A stretch of 64,000 nucleotides of DNA from an uncultured delta proteobacterium (GCA_963822965.1 CAWGJT010000015.1:128001-192000); one strand, 5' to 3'. Counted from the first letter of the stretch, positions 1-10,349 are shown. A program made the numbers and translations. The notes: generated by a model not told the origin, from the letters alone.

Positions 1-45
1 GCGCGGGTGGCCCGGGAGGGCTGAGGCCGGGCGCGGGGGACGCTC

Positions 46-1332
46 TCAGCCCGAGCCGCCGCCCCCGCCGCTCATCGCCTGCAGCACGTTGGCGCGGCTG
101 CCCAGGCTGTGGGCGATCCCCGAGAGCAGCGAGAACACCCGGGCCACGAGCACGAAGTCGCTGGGCACCTCCGCCACCGGGTCCTCGCGGATCGCCTCGA
201 AGAGCTCGTCGGTCATGTCCTCGGTGAACTCGCCCTCGAACGCGCCGGTGTCGCTGCGGCTCACCATGCGGCGCGCGATGTGGACGAACGTGCTCTCGTC
301 TCCGCTCTTCGAGCGGAAGCCCAGCTCGCGAAACGCGCGAACCATGGCCGACTCGTTGAAGGTCATGAGGGAGAACATCAGCTCGAAGAGTCCCAGCCCG
401 AAGCCCTCGGGCAGCTCCTTCGACAGACCGAAGTCGAGCACCACGACCCGTCCCTCCGGCGTCACGAAGAGGTTGCCCGGGTGCGGATCCGCCTGGAAGA
501 AGCCCGCGGCGAGGATCATGCGCACGTAGACGTGCATCAGGTCCTGGAGCACGTCGGCCGGATCGAGACCGGCGGCCTCGAGCGCCTCCTTCTCGGTGAT
601 CTTGATGCCGGAGACGAGCTCCATCACGAGCACCCGCTGGCTGCTCCAGGCGCGATGGATCTCCGGGATCTTGACGTGGGGATCGTCGGCGAAGAGCGCT
701 CGCACGCGCTCGGCGCAGTCGGCCTCGCGGACGAAGTCGAGCTCGTAGCCCAGGTGCGTCGTCAGCTCCGTGAGCAGGGGCAGCAGCGCGAGGGGCTGGG
801 GATCGAAGAGCTCGTAGATGCGACACACCCGGCGCATATTGGCGAGGTCCGTCCGGATGATGTCCTCGATGTCCGGGTACTGGACCTTGACGGCCACGGC
901 GCGGCCGTCCAGCAGCTTCGCGCGATGCACCTGGGCGAGGGAGGCCGCCGCGATGGGCCGCTCTTCGAACTCCGCGAAGACTGCATCCAGTGGCTTTCCG
1001 AGCTCGCGCTCCACCACCTCCCGCACCACCGGGAAGGGCTTCGGGGGCACGGCGTCGTGGCACTGCTTGAGCCGGTCGATGAACTCCTTCGGGAACATGT
1101 CCGAGCGGGTCGCCACCGCCTGGCACAGCTTGATGGTCACGCCGCGCAGGTCGAGGGCGAGGGCCAGGATGCGGTTGGCGGCGCGCGCGTGGGTCGCGCG
1201 CAGCTCCGACTCGCTACGGGGCGGTCGGCGCGCCAGGCGCCTTGCCCAGGCCGGAATCTTGTAGAGCGACCAGACGACCGCCCCCGTGAACGCCACCTTC
1301 ACGCTGCGACGGATCCGCGTGCCGAGGTGCAT
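46..1332 (-). CDS. ABC1/UbiB (AarF) family atypical kinase
   Basis: Motifs IKLCQ, PIAAASLAQVHRA, VAVKVQYP, ELDF..EA, FQADPHPGN, LDFG. Confidence 0.93.
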   Translation of the reverse strand: MHLGTRIRRSVKVAFTGAVVWSLYKIPAWARRLARRPPRSESELRATHARAANRILALALDLRGVTIKLCQAVATRSDMFPKEFIDRLKQCHDAVPPKPFPVVREVVERELGKPLDAVFAEFEERPIAAASLAQVHRAKLLDGRAVAVKVQYPDIEDIIRTDLANMRRVCRIYELFDPQPLALLPLLTELTTHLGYELDFVREADCAERVRALFADDPHVKIPEIHRAWSSQRVLVMELVSGIKITEKEALEAAGLDPADVLQDLMHVYVRMILAAGFFQADPHPGNLFVTPEGRVVVLDFGLSKELPEGFGLGLFELMFSLMTFNESAMVRAFRELGFRSKSGDESTFVHIARRMVSRSDTGAFEGEFTEDMTDELFEAIREDPVAEVPSDFVLVARVFSLLSGIAHSLGSRANVLQAMSGGGGGSG

Positions 1333-1336
1333 GGGC

Positions 1337-2449
1337 TCAGGCCGCGGTTCGGGACGGCTCGAAGCCCGTCGTCTGGGGCGGCGTCCACTCCGTCGCCAGG
1401 GCGTCGAACTCCTCGAGTAGCGCCGCCGGGCTGGGAGCGACCTTCATCGCCTCCCGGAGGCCTTCGCGGATGTCCTCCTGCTGGTCGCGCGGGCGGGTCT
1501 TCGTCATCTGGGAGAGGATGCGGTGCAGCACGCCGTCCACCACCACGCGTCCCGCCACCTGCCCGCCGTCCACGGTGCGGATCGTGCGTGCCCGAGCCTC
1601 GGAGAGCGCCGTGCGCAGATACTCCACGTGCGGCTTCTCGTCGGCCTGGATGTTGCGGACCATGCCGCCCGCCACGGCCGGTGCCGCCGACACCTCCGGG
1701 TCCGAGAGCAGGTCGATCCCCCACTGGAACGTGCCCTCGGCGAAGATCTCCACCACCAGCACGTTGGCCATGAAGCCGAGCATGCGCTCGAGGGCCTCGC
1801 CGATGGCGGGAAAGGCCGCTTGCGGCCGACCGCCGCGGCCGCGGCGGCCCATCAGCCGCATCAGGACGTCGCCGGGGATCTTCGGATTCTCGAGGGCCGC
1901 GTCGCGCGCGGCCTCCCACATCTGCTTGTGACCGCCCTCGTTGCGATAGCCCGACTCGTCCCGGGCGTGGGCCTCGAAGAGCCCGCCCTTCAGGTGGGCG
2001 AGCGCGGTGCCGTCGATGGGCTCGACGAAGAGCGCGTCGAGGTCCGGCACGGTCACGTCGCGGATCATCGCCCCGAAGCCCTCCACGATGGAGATGATCG
2101 TGAGCGTACGCACCACCGGGTCGCGGACGCCGCTCCGGAGCAGCAGCTTCGCCTGCTCCACGTTCGGGTACTGCGGCGGCATCAGCTCGGGCCGCACCTC
2201 GATCAGCTCGTGACCGTCCCGCACGAGGCAGGCCTGCCAGGCGGCGATGGCGGGCGTACGGTGCAGGGTACGCGGCGAGCGGTAGCGCCCGCCGGCGTCG
2301 AAGCCCCCGTGGCAGCGCACGCCGTTCGCGACGAGGGGAGCGACGACGTCGCCGCTCGCGAGCAGCTCCTCGGGCGTGTAGACCGTGCGGTCCGCCTCCG
2401 GCGCGCCGACCGACTCCCGCCCGCGGTTGGAATCCGTGCTCGAAGCCAT
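1337..2449 (-). CDS. Ferritin-like diiron-carboxylate protein of unknown function
   Basis: ATG at 2449 has a GGAGG SD. Acidic/His ligand pattern VEGFG, HARDE..GGH, VEIFAE, ADEKPH. Ends 4 nt before the kinase gene. Confidence 0.7.
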   Translation of the reverse strand: MASSTDSNRGRESVGAPEADRTVYTPEELLASGDVVAPLVANGVRCHGGFDAGGRYRSPRTLHRTPAIAAWQACLVRDGHELIEVRPELMPPQYPNVEQAKLLLRSGVRDPVVRTLTIISIVEGFGAMIRDVTVPDLDALFVEPIDGTALAHLKGGLFEAHARDESGYRNEGGHKQMWEAARDAALENPKIPGDVLMRLMGRRGRGGRPQAAFPAIGEALERMLGFMANVLVVEIFAEGTFQWGIDLLSDPEVSAAPAVAGGMVRNIQADEKPHVEYLRTALSEARARTIRTVDGGQVAGRVVVDGVLHRILSQMTKTRPRDQQEDIREGLREAMKVAPSPAALLEEFDALATEWTPPQTTGFEPSRTAA

Positions 2450-2597
2450 GTCCGTCCTCCGCGCTTCCCCCGCCGCGCAGTCTAGCGGGCGCATGCGCCC
2501 CGCTTGGCGGGGGTGTGCGTCTCCGGTGGCCGCGACCCCCGGGGGCCGCGCGGAGCCTGCTTCGGTAGAGTCCGGCCGCGGCGGGAGTCCTTCCTTC

Positions 2598-4052
2598 ATG
2601 CTCTTCGTGACGGCGCAGTTCGCGCTCTTCCTGGCGGCCCTGCTGCTGCTGCTCCGCGTGCTGCCGCGCCGGGGCTGGAACGGGGTGCTGCTGGCGGCGA
2701 GCCTGCTCTTCTACGGCCTGTGGATCCCCGCCTATCTGCCGCTGCTGCTCGTCGACATCGGCGTCAACTACGCGCTGCTCCGGCGCATGCTGGCGGCGGC
2801 GCCGGGAACGCGCGCCCGGCGCGGCTGGCTCGCGGCCTCGATCGTCTTCACCCTCGCGCTGCTGCTCTACTTCAAGTACGCGGCCTTCCTGATGGACAAC
2901 GCGGCACCGCTGGTCGAAGCCGCGGTCGGCGTACGCTTCGCGACGCCCGACATCCTGCTGCCCCTGGGCATCTCCTTCTACTCGTTTCAGATCATCTCGC
3001 TGGCCGCGGACGCCTACGCGTCCCAGGGCCCGGCAGGCGACTTCCGGGACGAGCTGCCGATCGACGGCCTGGCGCGCTACGCGCTCTTCGTCGCCTTCTT
3101 CCCCCAGCTGATCGCCGGCCCGATCCTGCGCGGCGCCGAGTTCCTGCCGCAGCTGGCCCGGGGCGCCCGGCCCGGGCGGGAGCGCACCCGGCAGGGGCTC
3201 CGGCTGATCGCCTCGGGGGTCGCGAAGAAGGTGCTGCTGGCGGACTTCCTGCTCGCCCCGTTCGTCGATCCGGTCTTCGCGTCCGCCGGCGTCGCGAACC
3301 GCAGCTTCCACTGGCTGGCGATGTACGGCTTCACGTTCCAGATCTACTTCGACTTCTCGGGCTACACCGACATGGCTCGGGGCATCGCCAAGCTGATCGG
3401 CTTCGAGCTGCCCGAGAACTTCGAGGAGCCGCTGCTCTCCCGCAGCCCGCGCGAGTTCTGGACCCGCTGGCACGTCACGCTCTCGCGCTGGCTCCGGCTC
3501 TACCTCTTCCTGCCGATCTCCCGGGCGCTGATGCGGCGGGGCGGGCCGCGCTGGGACCGATCCGCAGGGGGGGTGGCCCTGCTCGTCACCATGAGCCTGT
3601 GTGGCCTGTGGCACGGCGCCGGCTGGCCCTTCGTCGTCTGGGGCGCGATCCATGGCGTGCTGCTCGTCGTCTGGCGCTTCCCGCTCGGACGCGACGCCGG
3701 TCCGATCCGCGCGCGCGACCTGCCGGCGATGGTCGCGTTCTTCCACTGCTTCGCCCTGAGCCTCGTCTTCTTCCGCTGCCCGGACGTGGCGCACGCCCTC
3801 ACCTACCTGCAACGCCTGGTCGTGGACAACGGGCTGCCCGGCTGGCCGGTCCTCGAGACCGGCGTGGTCGCGATCTGCGGGGCGCTCCACGTGAGTGAGC
3901 GCTGGCTGCGCGTCCACGGCGACGCGATCGCGGAGGCCCTCGCGGCGAGCGCCGCCGGCGCCTATGGCGAGGCGCTCCTGTTCGGGTTGGTGGCCGGCGC
4001 CGCAGTGCTGGCGTCCGGCGCCGGCGGCGAGTTCATCTACTTCCAGTTCTAG
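2598..4052 (+). CDS. MBOAT family O-acyltransferase (AlgI/DltB-like)
   Basis: LPLGISFYSFQ, FFPQLIAGPI, QIYFDFSGYTD, ENF, FWTRWH..LSRW, GLWHGA; multiple TM segments. Confidence 0.93.
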   Translation: MLFVTAQFALFLAALLLLLRVLPRRGWNGVLLAASLLFYGLWIPAYLPLLLVDIGVNYALLRRMLAAAPGTRARRGWLAASIVFTLALLLYFKYAAFLMDNAAPLVEAAVGVRFATPDILLPLGISFYSFQIISLAADAYASQGPAGDFRDELPIDGLARYALFVAFFPQLIAGPILRGAEFLPQLARGARPGRERTRQGLRLIASGVAKKVLLADFLLAPFVDPVFASAGVANRSFHWLAMYGFTFQIYFDFSGYTDMARGIAKLIGFELPENFEEPLLSRSPREFWTRWHVTLSRWLRLYLFLPISRALMRRGGPRWDRSAGGVALLVTMSLCGLWHGAGWPFVVWGAIHGVLLVVWRFPLGRDAGPIRARDLPAMVAFFHCFALSLVFFRCPDVAHALTYLQRLVVDNGLPGWPVLETGVVAICGALHVSERWLRVHGDAIAEALAASAAGAYGEALLFGLVAGAAVLASGAGGEFIYFQF

Positions 4053-5232
4053 AGGACCGGCCCGGGTCCGGCGGACGGACGAGCGCCAGCAGCGGGCCCG
4101 CGACGGCCCGGGCGATGCGCGCCGTCGCGTCCGGCGCGGCGGCCGTGCCCAGGTGCCCGGCCGCGTCGCGAAAGGCCGCGTCCAGCAGCAGCGCGTGCAG
4201 ATCGAGATAGTCGGCGCCGGCACCGCGCACCACCTTCGCCAGGGTGGCGAGGCTGCCCGCGAAGCGGTCGTCGGCCGGCAGGCCCAGCGACGCCAGGTGC
4301 TCGACGTTGACGGGGTTCACGTAGACCAGGACCGGCACGCCCGCCTCGCGCAGCACACGCAGGGCGTCGGCCAGGGCGACGAGCACCGGGTGGTCCGGGG
4401 CGAGGCCGTCCAGGACGGCTCCGTAGTGGCGGCGTTCCGCGGCGCGGTCGTAGCGGTCGCGTCTCCCGTCCGGTCCCTCGACGCGCGTCCGCACCCGCTC
4501 CGCCGTGAAGTGCGCCAGCTCGAAGCGCCGCGGTCCGTCGTCGCCGAAGCGGGCGCCGAGCGCGTTCGCGAGGTCGGTGCGCGCCGCACCCAAGCGGGCC
4601 TGCACCACGAGGAGCTGCCGCCAGATCTCGCCGCCCCAGGCCTGAACGATCGCGACGTTCATCAGCAGGTCGTCGGCGCTGAGACCGATCCAGTGGATGG
4701 GGCCGAACAGCGCCGACGGGACGCGCCGGGGCGCGATCCAGCCCGACAGGCGCGGGCGGCTGAGGTGGCGGAAGAAATCGCCCAGCGACTGCAGGCTGAA
4801 CGCGATGACCACCGCGTCCGGCCGCGCGTCGGCGATGGCGTCCGCCAGGAAGTAGTAGTCGAAGGGACCCGCGCCCAGGGCGGCCAGCGAGTGCACCTCG
4901 ACGGGCGGGGAGGCGCCCTCCGCGTCGATCGCCTCGCGCAGCGCCCGAGGCACCGTCGGCGCGTCGGCGCCCACCTGGATGCTGATCGAGTCACCGAGGA
5001 ACGCGACCTGGCGGACCTCCTCACCCGGGGCCCGCGCGCGCACCGCGGCCAGCTCCTCGAAGAGCCCGGGCACGAGGTTCAGCCCGACGGTGGGCGAGCG
5101 CACGCCGAAGGCGTCGAGCCCCCGCATCGCGAGGCGCACGGTCTCGCTCGCGGCGACCCCGAAGACGACGACGCACAGCACGGCCGTGAGCGCGCGTCCC
5201 GCCCTCCCCGCCCCGCGGCCACCCGTCTCCAC
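4033..5232 (-). CDS. Membrane-anchored SGNH/GDSL-like protein (AlgJ/DltD-like)
   Basis: GTG start after GAGGAGG; N-terminal hydrophobic segment; FLGDS motif and C-terminal FRDAAGHL Asp/His motif; adjacent to MBOAT. Confidence 0.65.
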   Translation of the reverse strand: METGGRGAGRAGRALTAVLCVVVFGVAASETVRLAMRGLDAFGVRSPTVGLNLVPGLFEELAAVRARAPGEEVRQVAFLGDSISIQVGADAPTVPRALREAIDAEGASPPVEVHSLAALGAGPFDYYFLADAIADARPDAVVIAFSLQSLGDFFRHLSRPRLSGWIAPRRVPSALFGPIHWIGLSADDLLMNVAIVQAWGGEIWRQLLVVQARLGAARTDLANALGARFGDDGPRRFELAHFTAERVRTRVEGPDGRRDRYDRAAERRHYGAVLDGLAPDHPVLVALADALRVLREAGVPVLVYVNPVNVEHLASLGLPADDRFAGSLATLAKVVRGAGADYLDLHALLLDAAFRDAAGHLGTAAAPDATARIARAVAGPLLALVRPPDPGRSSRTGSR

Positions 5233-5367
5233 CGAGACACCTCCTCGCGCCACACGATACGACCCGGGGCTGGGCGGCGCCGGAGCCGGGCCGCTGGCGC
5301 CTTGAAGCCCGCCCGGCCGTCGGATAGCCTGCCGCGCCCTCGCTTCGGGACGCCCGGGAGGTACCCC

Positions 5368-6651
5368 ATGGCGCGCGGGATCGGGCTCGACTTCGGCACG
5401 ACCAACAGCGCCCTCGCCCTGGCCGACGCCGACCGCAACGCCCGGGTCGTGCGTTTCGCGGCGCCCGACGGCGACACCGAATCGTTCCGGTCGATCCTCT
5501 TCTGCGGCCGGGCCGAGGGCCGGCCCGAGGTCGAGTCCGTCGCCGGTCCCTTCGCCATCGAGCGCTACCTCGACGTCGAGGGCGAGCGGCGCCTGCTGCA
5601 GTCCCTCAAGGCCTTCCTCGCGAGCCGGCTCTTCACCTCCACCAACCTGCTCGGCCGCGCGACGACGCTCCAGGAGATGATCTCGCGCATCGTGCGCGGC
5701 CTGCTCGACGAAGCCGAAGACCAGCACGGCAGCCTGCAGGGCAGCCTGGTGGTGGGGCGGCCGGTGCGCTTCGCCCGCTCGCGGCAGCCGGCCGACGACG
5801 ACTTCGCCAGCGGCCGCCTGGCGGACGCCCTGCGGCGCGCCGGCGTCTCGGAGTTCCGGTTCGAGTACGAGCCCGTGGCGGCCGCCTACCACTACGAGCA
5901 GTCGCTGGCGGCGGACGAGCTCGTACTGATCGCCGACTTCGGGGGCGGCACCAGCGACTTCTGCCTGCTGCGCGTCGGGCCGGGGGTGCGCGACCGGCGC
6001 CGGCGGGCCCAGGACATCCTGGGCACCGAAGGCGTCGCCGTGGCCGGAGACGCCTTCGGCGCGAAGCTCGTGCGCCACGTGGTCGCGCCGCGCCTGGGAC
6101 GCGGCAGCGAGCAGCAGAAGCTCTTCGGCCAGCCGGTGCCGGTCCCCGCCTGGATCTACCGGGACCTGGAGCGCTGGCACCACCTCTCCTTCCTGCGCTC
6201 GCCGCGCACCCTGGGCGTGCTGCACGACGTCCTGCGCCATTCCCTCGACCCCGAGAAGATCGCGGCGCTGCTGCACCTGGTGGAGAACGACCTGGGCTAC
6301 GCGCTCTACCAGGCGGTCGAGGAGACCAAGACCGAGCTGTCGCGGGCGCCCGAGGCCTGGCTCCGCTTCCAGGACCCGCCGGTGACGATCGAAGAGCGCG
6401 TGACGCGCGAGGACTTCGAGTCCTGGATCACCGGGGAGCTCGCGGAGATCGCCGCCTGCACCGACCGACTGCTCGCCCGCACGGGGGTGGCCCCCGACGC
6501 CGTCGACTGCGTGTTCCTCACCGGGGGCTCGTCCTTCGTGCCGGCGGTGCGCCGCATCTTCGAGACCCGCTTCGGCGCCGACCGCATCCGCGGTGGGGAC
6601 GAGCTGGTGTCGGTGGCCCGGGGCCTCGCCCTGCGCGCGCTCGACAGCTGA
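5368..6651 (+). CDS. Hsp70 family chaperone-like ATPase (YegD-like)
   Basis: GLDFGTTNS, YEPVAAA, DFGGGTSD, LTGGSS; about 427 aa, lacks the DnaK substrate-binding domain. Confidence 0.92.
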   Translation: MARGIGLDFGTTNSALALADADRNARVVRFAAPDGDTESFRSILFCGRAEGRPEVESVAGPFAIERYLDVEGERRLLQSLKAFLASRLFTSTNLLGRATTLQEMISRIVRGLLDEAEDQHGSLQGSLVVGRPVRFARSRQPADDDFASGRLADALRRAGVSEFRFEYEPVAAAYHYEQSLAADELVLIADFGGGTSDFCLLRVGPGVRDRRRRAQDILGTEGVAVAGDAFGAKLVRHVVAPRLGRGSEQQKLFGQPVPVPAWIYRDLERWHHLSFLRSPRTLGVLHDVLRHSLDPEKIAALLHLVENDLGYALYQAVEETKTELSRAPEAWLRFQDPPVTIEERVTREDFESWITGELAEIAACTDRLLARTGVAPDAVDCVFLTGGSSFVPAVRRIFETRFGADRIRGGDELVSVARGLALRALDS

Positions 6652-6685
6652 CGCGGCGTCCGGCGCTTCGGTTACCCTGGGCGCC

Positions 6686-8917
6686 GTGCGCGCCGTCGCT
6701 CTCGCCGCCGCCTGCCTGCTGGGCGGGCTCTGTCTGACCGTTCCGGCACGCTCGGGCGCCGACGAGGCACGCGAGCCGACCCTGGAACGGCTCGTCGAGC
6801 AACGGGAAGCCGTCACGCGCGAGATCGAGGCGCTGCGGCGCCAGCTCGCGCGCCTCGCGGCGGACGCCGAGGCCGCCGAGCCGCTGCGCGCCGACCTGGT
6901 CGTCCTCGAACGCATCGACAACCTGATCCTGCGACAGCAGTCGCTGCTGGAGCGGCGCGAGCAGATGGCCCGCACCGAGGCCGCCATCCAGGCGAAGCTC
7001 GCGGCCGGCCCGGCGAGCGACGTCTCGGACACGCCCCCCTATCCACTGGCCCTGCTCGATCTGCTGGGCGATGCGCTCGACGGCATGGAGCGACAGGGCG
7101 AGGTACTCGAGCAGGCCGAGGCGGCGGCCGCGACCTCCCTGGAGACCGCGCGGCAGCAGCGCGAGGCGGCGGACCAGGCGCGCCGCCGTCGCCTCGAGGC
7201 GCAGGACAAGGCACCGGACCTGGTCGCGAAGGCCCAGGCCCGGCGCGCCCTGCGCCAGGCGGAGCTCGAGCTGCGCCTGGCGGACGAGCGCGTCGCCCTC
7301 GCCACCCTCGAGCTCGAGAGCGCGCACCGCGACCGCACCCTCCACGACCAGAACCAGGCCATCACCCGGGCGGCCCTGGAATTCGTCGAAGAGCGGCTGC
7401 AGCGGGACGCCGCGCTGCGCGAGGAGCTGCTCGGCGGATTCGAGCAGCAGATCTTCGCGGTGCGACAGGCGCGGGAGCGCGCGAGCCTCGACCTCGCACG
7501 CGCCCAGGAACGCCGGCTCGCCGCCGAGAAGCGCAAGGACAGCAGCCCGGATCCCAGCCCCGCGCTGCTGGCCGAGAACGCGGCGCTCGAGGCACAGCAG
7601 GAGACCCAGCAGATCGAGGTCGCCACCCTGGGCCAGCGCGAGGAGCGCCTCGAGAAGCTGCGCGACGTGCGCGAGCGCCGCTACCGGACCCTGGCCGACG
7701 AGGCGAGCCGCCCCGAGATGCGCGAGTGGGCCGCGGATCTCCAGCGCCTGCGCGGCGAGCTGGAACGGCGCCGCCAGGTGGAGGAAGGCGCCCTGGGCCA
7801 GGTGCGCGCGGCGCGCGCGAGCCTCGCGAAGCGAGCCGCCGCCGTCCCGGCCGCCGACCCTCAGCGACGCTGGCTCGAGGAGCACGAGCGCGCCCTCGAC
7901 GAGCGTCTGGCGACCCACGAAGGCGAGATCGCCGACCTGCGGTCGGCGCGCTCGCTCGTCGATCGCACCCTGGAGGAGATCCAGCGCCGCACCGAGGGCA
8001 TGACCCTGGCCGACCGCGCCGAGATGCTGAGCCGGCGGCTCGAGGGCGTCTGGCAGACCGAGATCACCAGCCTCGAGGATCGCCCCATCACCGTCGGCAA
8101 GGTGGTGACCGCGCTCGTGCTGCTCATCGTCGGCCTGCTGCTGGCGCGCTTCGTGAGCGCCCTCTTCGGCCGCATCGCCCGCAGGCGCACCACCCTGCAG
8201 GAGGGCGCCATCGCGGCCTTCCAGGCGCTCGGCTACTACGCGCTGGCGCTGCTCTTCGTGCTGCTGGCCCTGCGCTCGGCGAGCATCCCGCTCACCGCCT
8301 TCACGATCCTGGGCGGCGCCTTCGCCATCGGCGTCGGCTTCGGCAGCCAGACCCTCATCGCGAACTTCATCAGCGGTCTGATCCTGCTCGTCGAGCGGCC
8401 CATCAAGGTGGGCGACCTCATCGATCTCGAGGGCACGCTCGGGCGCGTCGAGAGCATCGGCCTGCGCTCCACGCGCGTCCGCACCTTCGACAACATCCAC
8501 ATCATCGTGCCCAACAGCTCCTTCCTCGAGCAGAACGTCGTCAACTGGAACCTGTCCGACGACATCGTGCGAGCCCAGGTGAACGTGGGCGTGGCCTACG
8601 GCTCGCCAACCCGACGGGTGGAGGAGCTGCTGCTCCAGGCGGCCCGGGAGCATCCGCGCACCCTGGACCAGCCGCCCGCCACGGTCCTCTTCATGGACTT
8701 CGGCGACAACGCCCTGCACTTCCGGGTCTACGCCTGGCTGCGGGTGCGGGACGTGATCGACCGACGCCTGATCGAGAGCGACCTGCGCCACCGCATCGAC
8801 GAGCTCTTCCGCCAGAGCGGCGTCGTGATCGCCTTCCCCCAGCGCGACGTCCACCTCGACGTCACGAGACCGCTCCAGGTGGAGTGGACGGGGGAGCGCA
8901 CGCCGCCCGGCGAGTGA
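6686..8917 (+). CDS. MscS/MscK-like mechanosensitive channel with long periplasmic coiled-coil
   Basis: Signal-peptide-like N-terminus, long coiled-coil, then GVGFGSQTLIANFISGLILLVERPIKVGD, IVPNS, IAFPQRDVH. Start codon uncertain. Confidence 0.88.
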   Translation: MRAVALAAACLLGGLCLTVPARSGADEAREPTLERLVEQREAVTREIEALRRQLARLAADAEAAEPLRADLVVLERIDNLILRQQSLLERREQMARTEAAIQAKLAAGPASDVSDTPPYPLALLDLLGDALDGMERQGEVLEQAEAAAATSLETARQQREAADQARRRRLEAQDKAPDLVAKAQARRALRQAELELRLADERVALATLELESAHRDRTLHDQNQAITRAALEFVEERLQRDAALREELLGGFEQQIFAVRQARERASLDLARAQERRLAAEKRKDSSPDPSPALLAENAALEAQQETQQIEVATLGQREERLEKLRDVRERRYRTLADEASRPEMREWAADLQRLRGELERRRQVEEGALGQVRAARASLAKRAAAVPAADPQRRWLEEHERALDERLATHEGEIADLRSARSLVDRTLEEIQRRTEGMTLADRAEMLSRRLEGVWQTEITSLEDRPITVGKVVTALVLLIVGLLLARFVSALFGRIARRRTTLQEGAIAAFQALGYYALALLFVLLALRSASIPLTAFTILGGAFAIGVGFGSQTLIANFISGLILLVERPIKVGDLIDLEGTLGRVESIGLRSTRVRTFDNIHIIVPNSSFLEQNVVNWNLSDDIVRAQVNVGVAYGSPTRRVEELLLQAAREHPRTLDQPPATVLFMDFGDNALHFRVYAWLRVRDVIDRRLIESDLRHRIDELFRQSGVVIAFPQRDVHLDVTRPLQVEWTGERTPPGE

Positions 8918-8947
8918 CGCGGACGCCGGCGCGCCCGCGACGGGCGT

Positions 8948-10183
8948 TCAGTCGACGAGCTTGCTCATGTGATCGACCTGGCCGTCGTCGTTGCCGAGCA
9001 GCACGTCGTTGTAGTGCCGGCGGCCGCCGTGGGGGCGCACGTTCTCGCGCACGTATCCCGTCACCGCGCTGATGCGGTACTCGTCGGCGGCCGGCCTCCC
9101 GGGCGGCGGCGCGGCGTGCATGGTGTCCCCGTAGTGGAGCGACACGTCGCCGGGCGCGGCCTCGAGCAGAACGCCCTCGGGCGCCCGGCGGTGTCCCGCG
9201 TCGATGAAGTGACACGCGTAGCGCCAGGAGCCGGGCAGCACGCGCAGCGCACCGCTCTCGGCGGTGGCCTTCGTCAGGAACACCGAGGCGATCATCACAG
9301 GGCACATGACCGCATGGCCTCCCATCCCGCAGTCGCGATGCCAGGGGAGGTCTCCCAACCCCTCGGCCATGTCCGGGTTCTTGAAGATGACCGAGACGCC
9401 CTCCTCCGAGCCCGCGCCCCGGGGCGAGAGCCCCTGGTCGGACAGGGACGCCAGGCGCAGCATGCGCGCGTCCTGGGGCATCGCGCGCAGGCCGGGCTCG
9501 CGGCCCGCCGCCGTCACGCGGCACAGCACCTCGCGCCCTTCCGTGTCGCGGCCCCACCAGGACTGCCGGTCGCCAGGCACCGCCGCCCCGGCGAGCCGCC
9601 CCGCCTCCTCGCGATAGGCCTCCACCTCGTCCGCAGAGAAGACGCCGCGCACCAGCAGGAAGCCGGCCACGCGCAGGAAGTGCGCCATCTCCCGGGGATC
9701 GTCGTCGGGCGTGAACGACCGTCGCACGTCCAGGGGCGCGCCGCGACGGTCCTCGAGTCGCAGCGATCCGGCGTCGAAGTAGGGACGTCCGCTGTACATG
9801 GCGCGCAGCGGCGGGTCCCACTTCATCAGGCTCATGGCGCGGCCCCGGGTGCAGCGGATCTTCCGGCCGTAGATCAGACCCGGCACGCTCTCGTACTCCT
9901 GCACGAGTCCGGCCCAGGCCTCGGCGGAGAGCTCGATCACCGTGTCGGCCCGGTCGTCGCCGGGGACGACGTCGATGCCCTCGGCGCGCGGAAGGTACGT
10001 GTAGGCGTCCCGGGCGGCGCCGTCCGCCAGACGGAAGGCCAGCGCGCCCGCGCGTCCCACGCTCACCGCGGCCAGCGGTCCGTTGCCCTGGGCGAGGCAC
10101 CGCGGCAGGGTGCTGGCGTGGAACTCGTGGAAGTCGAGGGGCGGAACCTCGGGCGACGGCGCTCGGTCGATGGCGGCAGACAT
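8948..10183 (-). CDS. Phytanoyl-CoA dioxygenase (PhyH) family Fe/2OG oxygenase with SCP2-like N-terminal region
   Basis: LPWHRD (HxD), GALRVLPGS, PGDVSLH..TMHAA. Confidence 0.8.
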   Translation of the reverse strand: MSAAIDRAPSPEVPPLDFHEFHASTLPRCLAQGNGPLAAVSVGRAGALAFRLADGAARDAYTYLPRAEGIDVVPGDDRADTVIELSAEAWAGLVQEYESVPGLIYGRKIRCTRGRAMSLMKWDPPLRAMYSGRPYFDAGSLRLEDRRGAPLDVRRSFTPDDDPREMAHFLRVAGFLLVRGVFSADEVEAYREEAGRLAGAAVPGDRQSWWGRDTEGREVLCRVTAAGREPGLRAMPQDARMLRLASLSDQGLSPRGAGSEEGVSVIFKNPDMAEGLGDLPWHRDCGMGGHAVMCPVMIASVFLTKATAESGALRVLPGSWRYACHFIDAGHRRAPEGVLLEAAPGDVSLHYGDTMHAAPPPGRPAADEYRISAVTGYVRENVRPHGGRRHYNDVLLGNDDGQVDHMSKLVD

Positions 10184-10349
10184 GGGAAGCTCCTCCGGAA
10201 AGCGGCTGGCTCGGCGACCGGGACATTGTACGCTCCCCGGCCCACGACCCGAAGCCTCCCCGAGAGCGGGTGGACCGCGTCCGAGCCCGCCCCCCGCCCC
10301 CGGGCCCCAGACGACGCGAGGACGAGAGGACGAGAGGAGACGAAGCGCC

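Noticed and set aside
1299..4223. 974-aa minus-strand ORF and many similar long ORFs (e.g. 6518-8854, 45225-48302, 48504-51311, 61366-63477)
   Set aside because: Antisense or alternate-frame shadows of motif-bearing genes; stop-poor frames are expected at this GC content; translations are Arg/Gly/Pro-rich and lack motifs.
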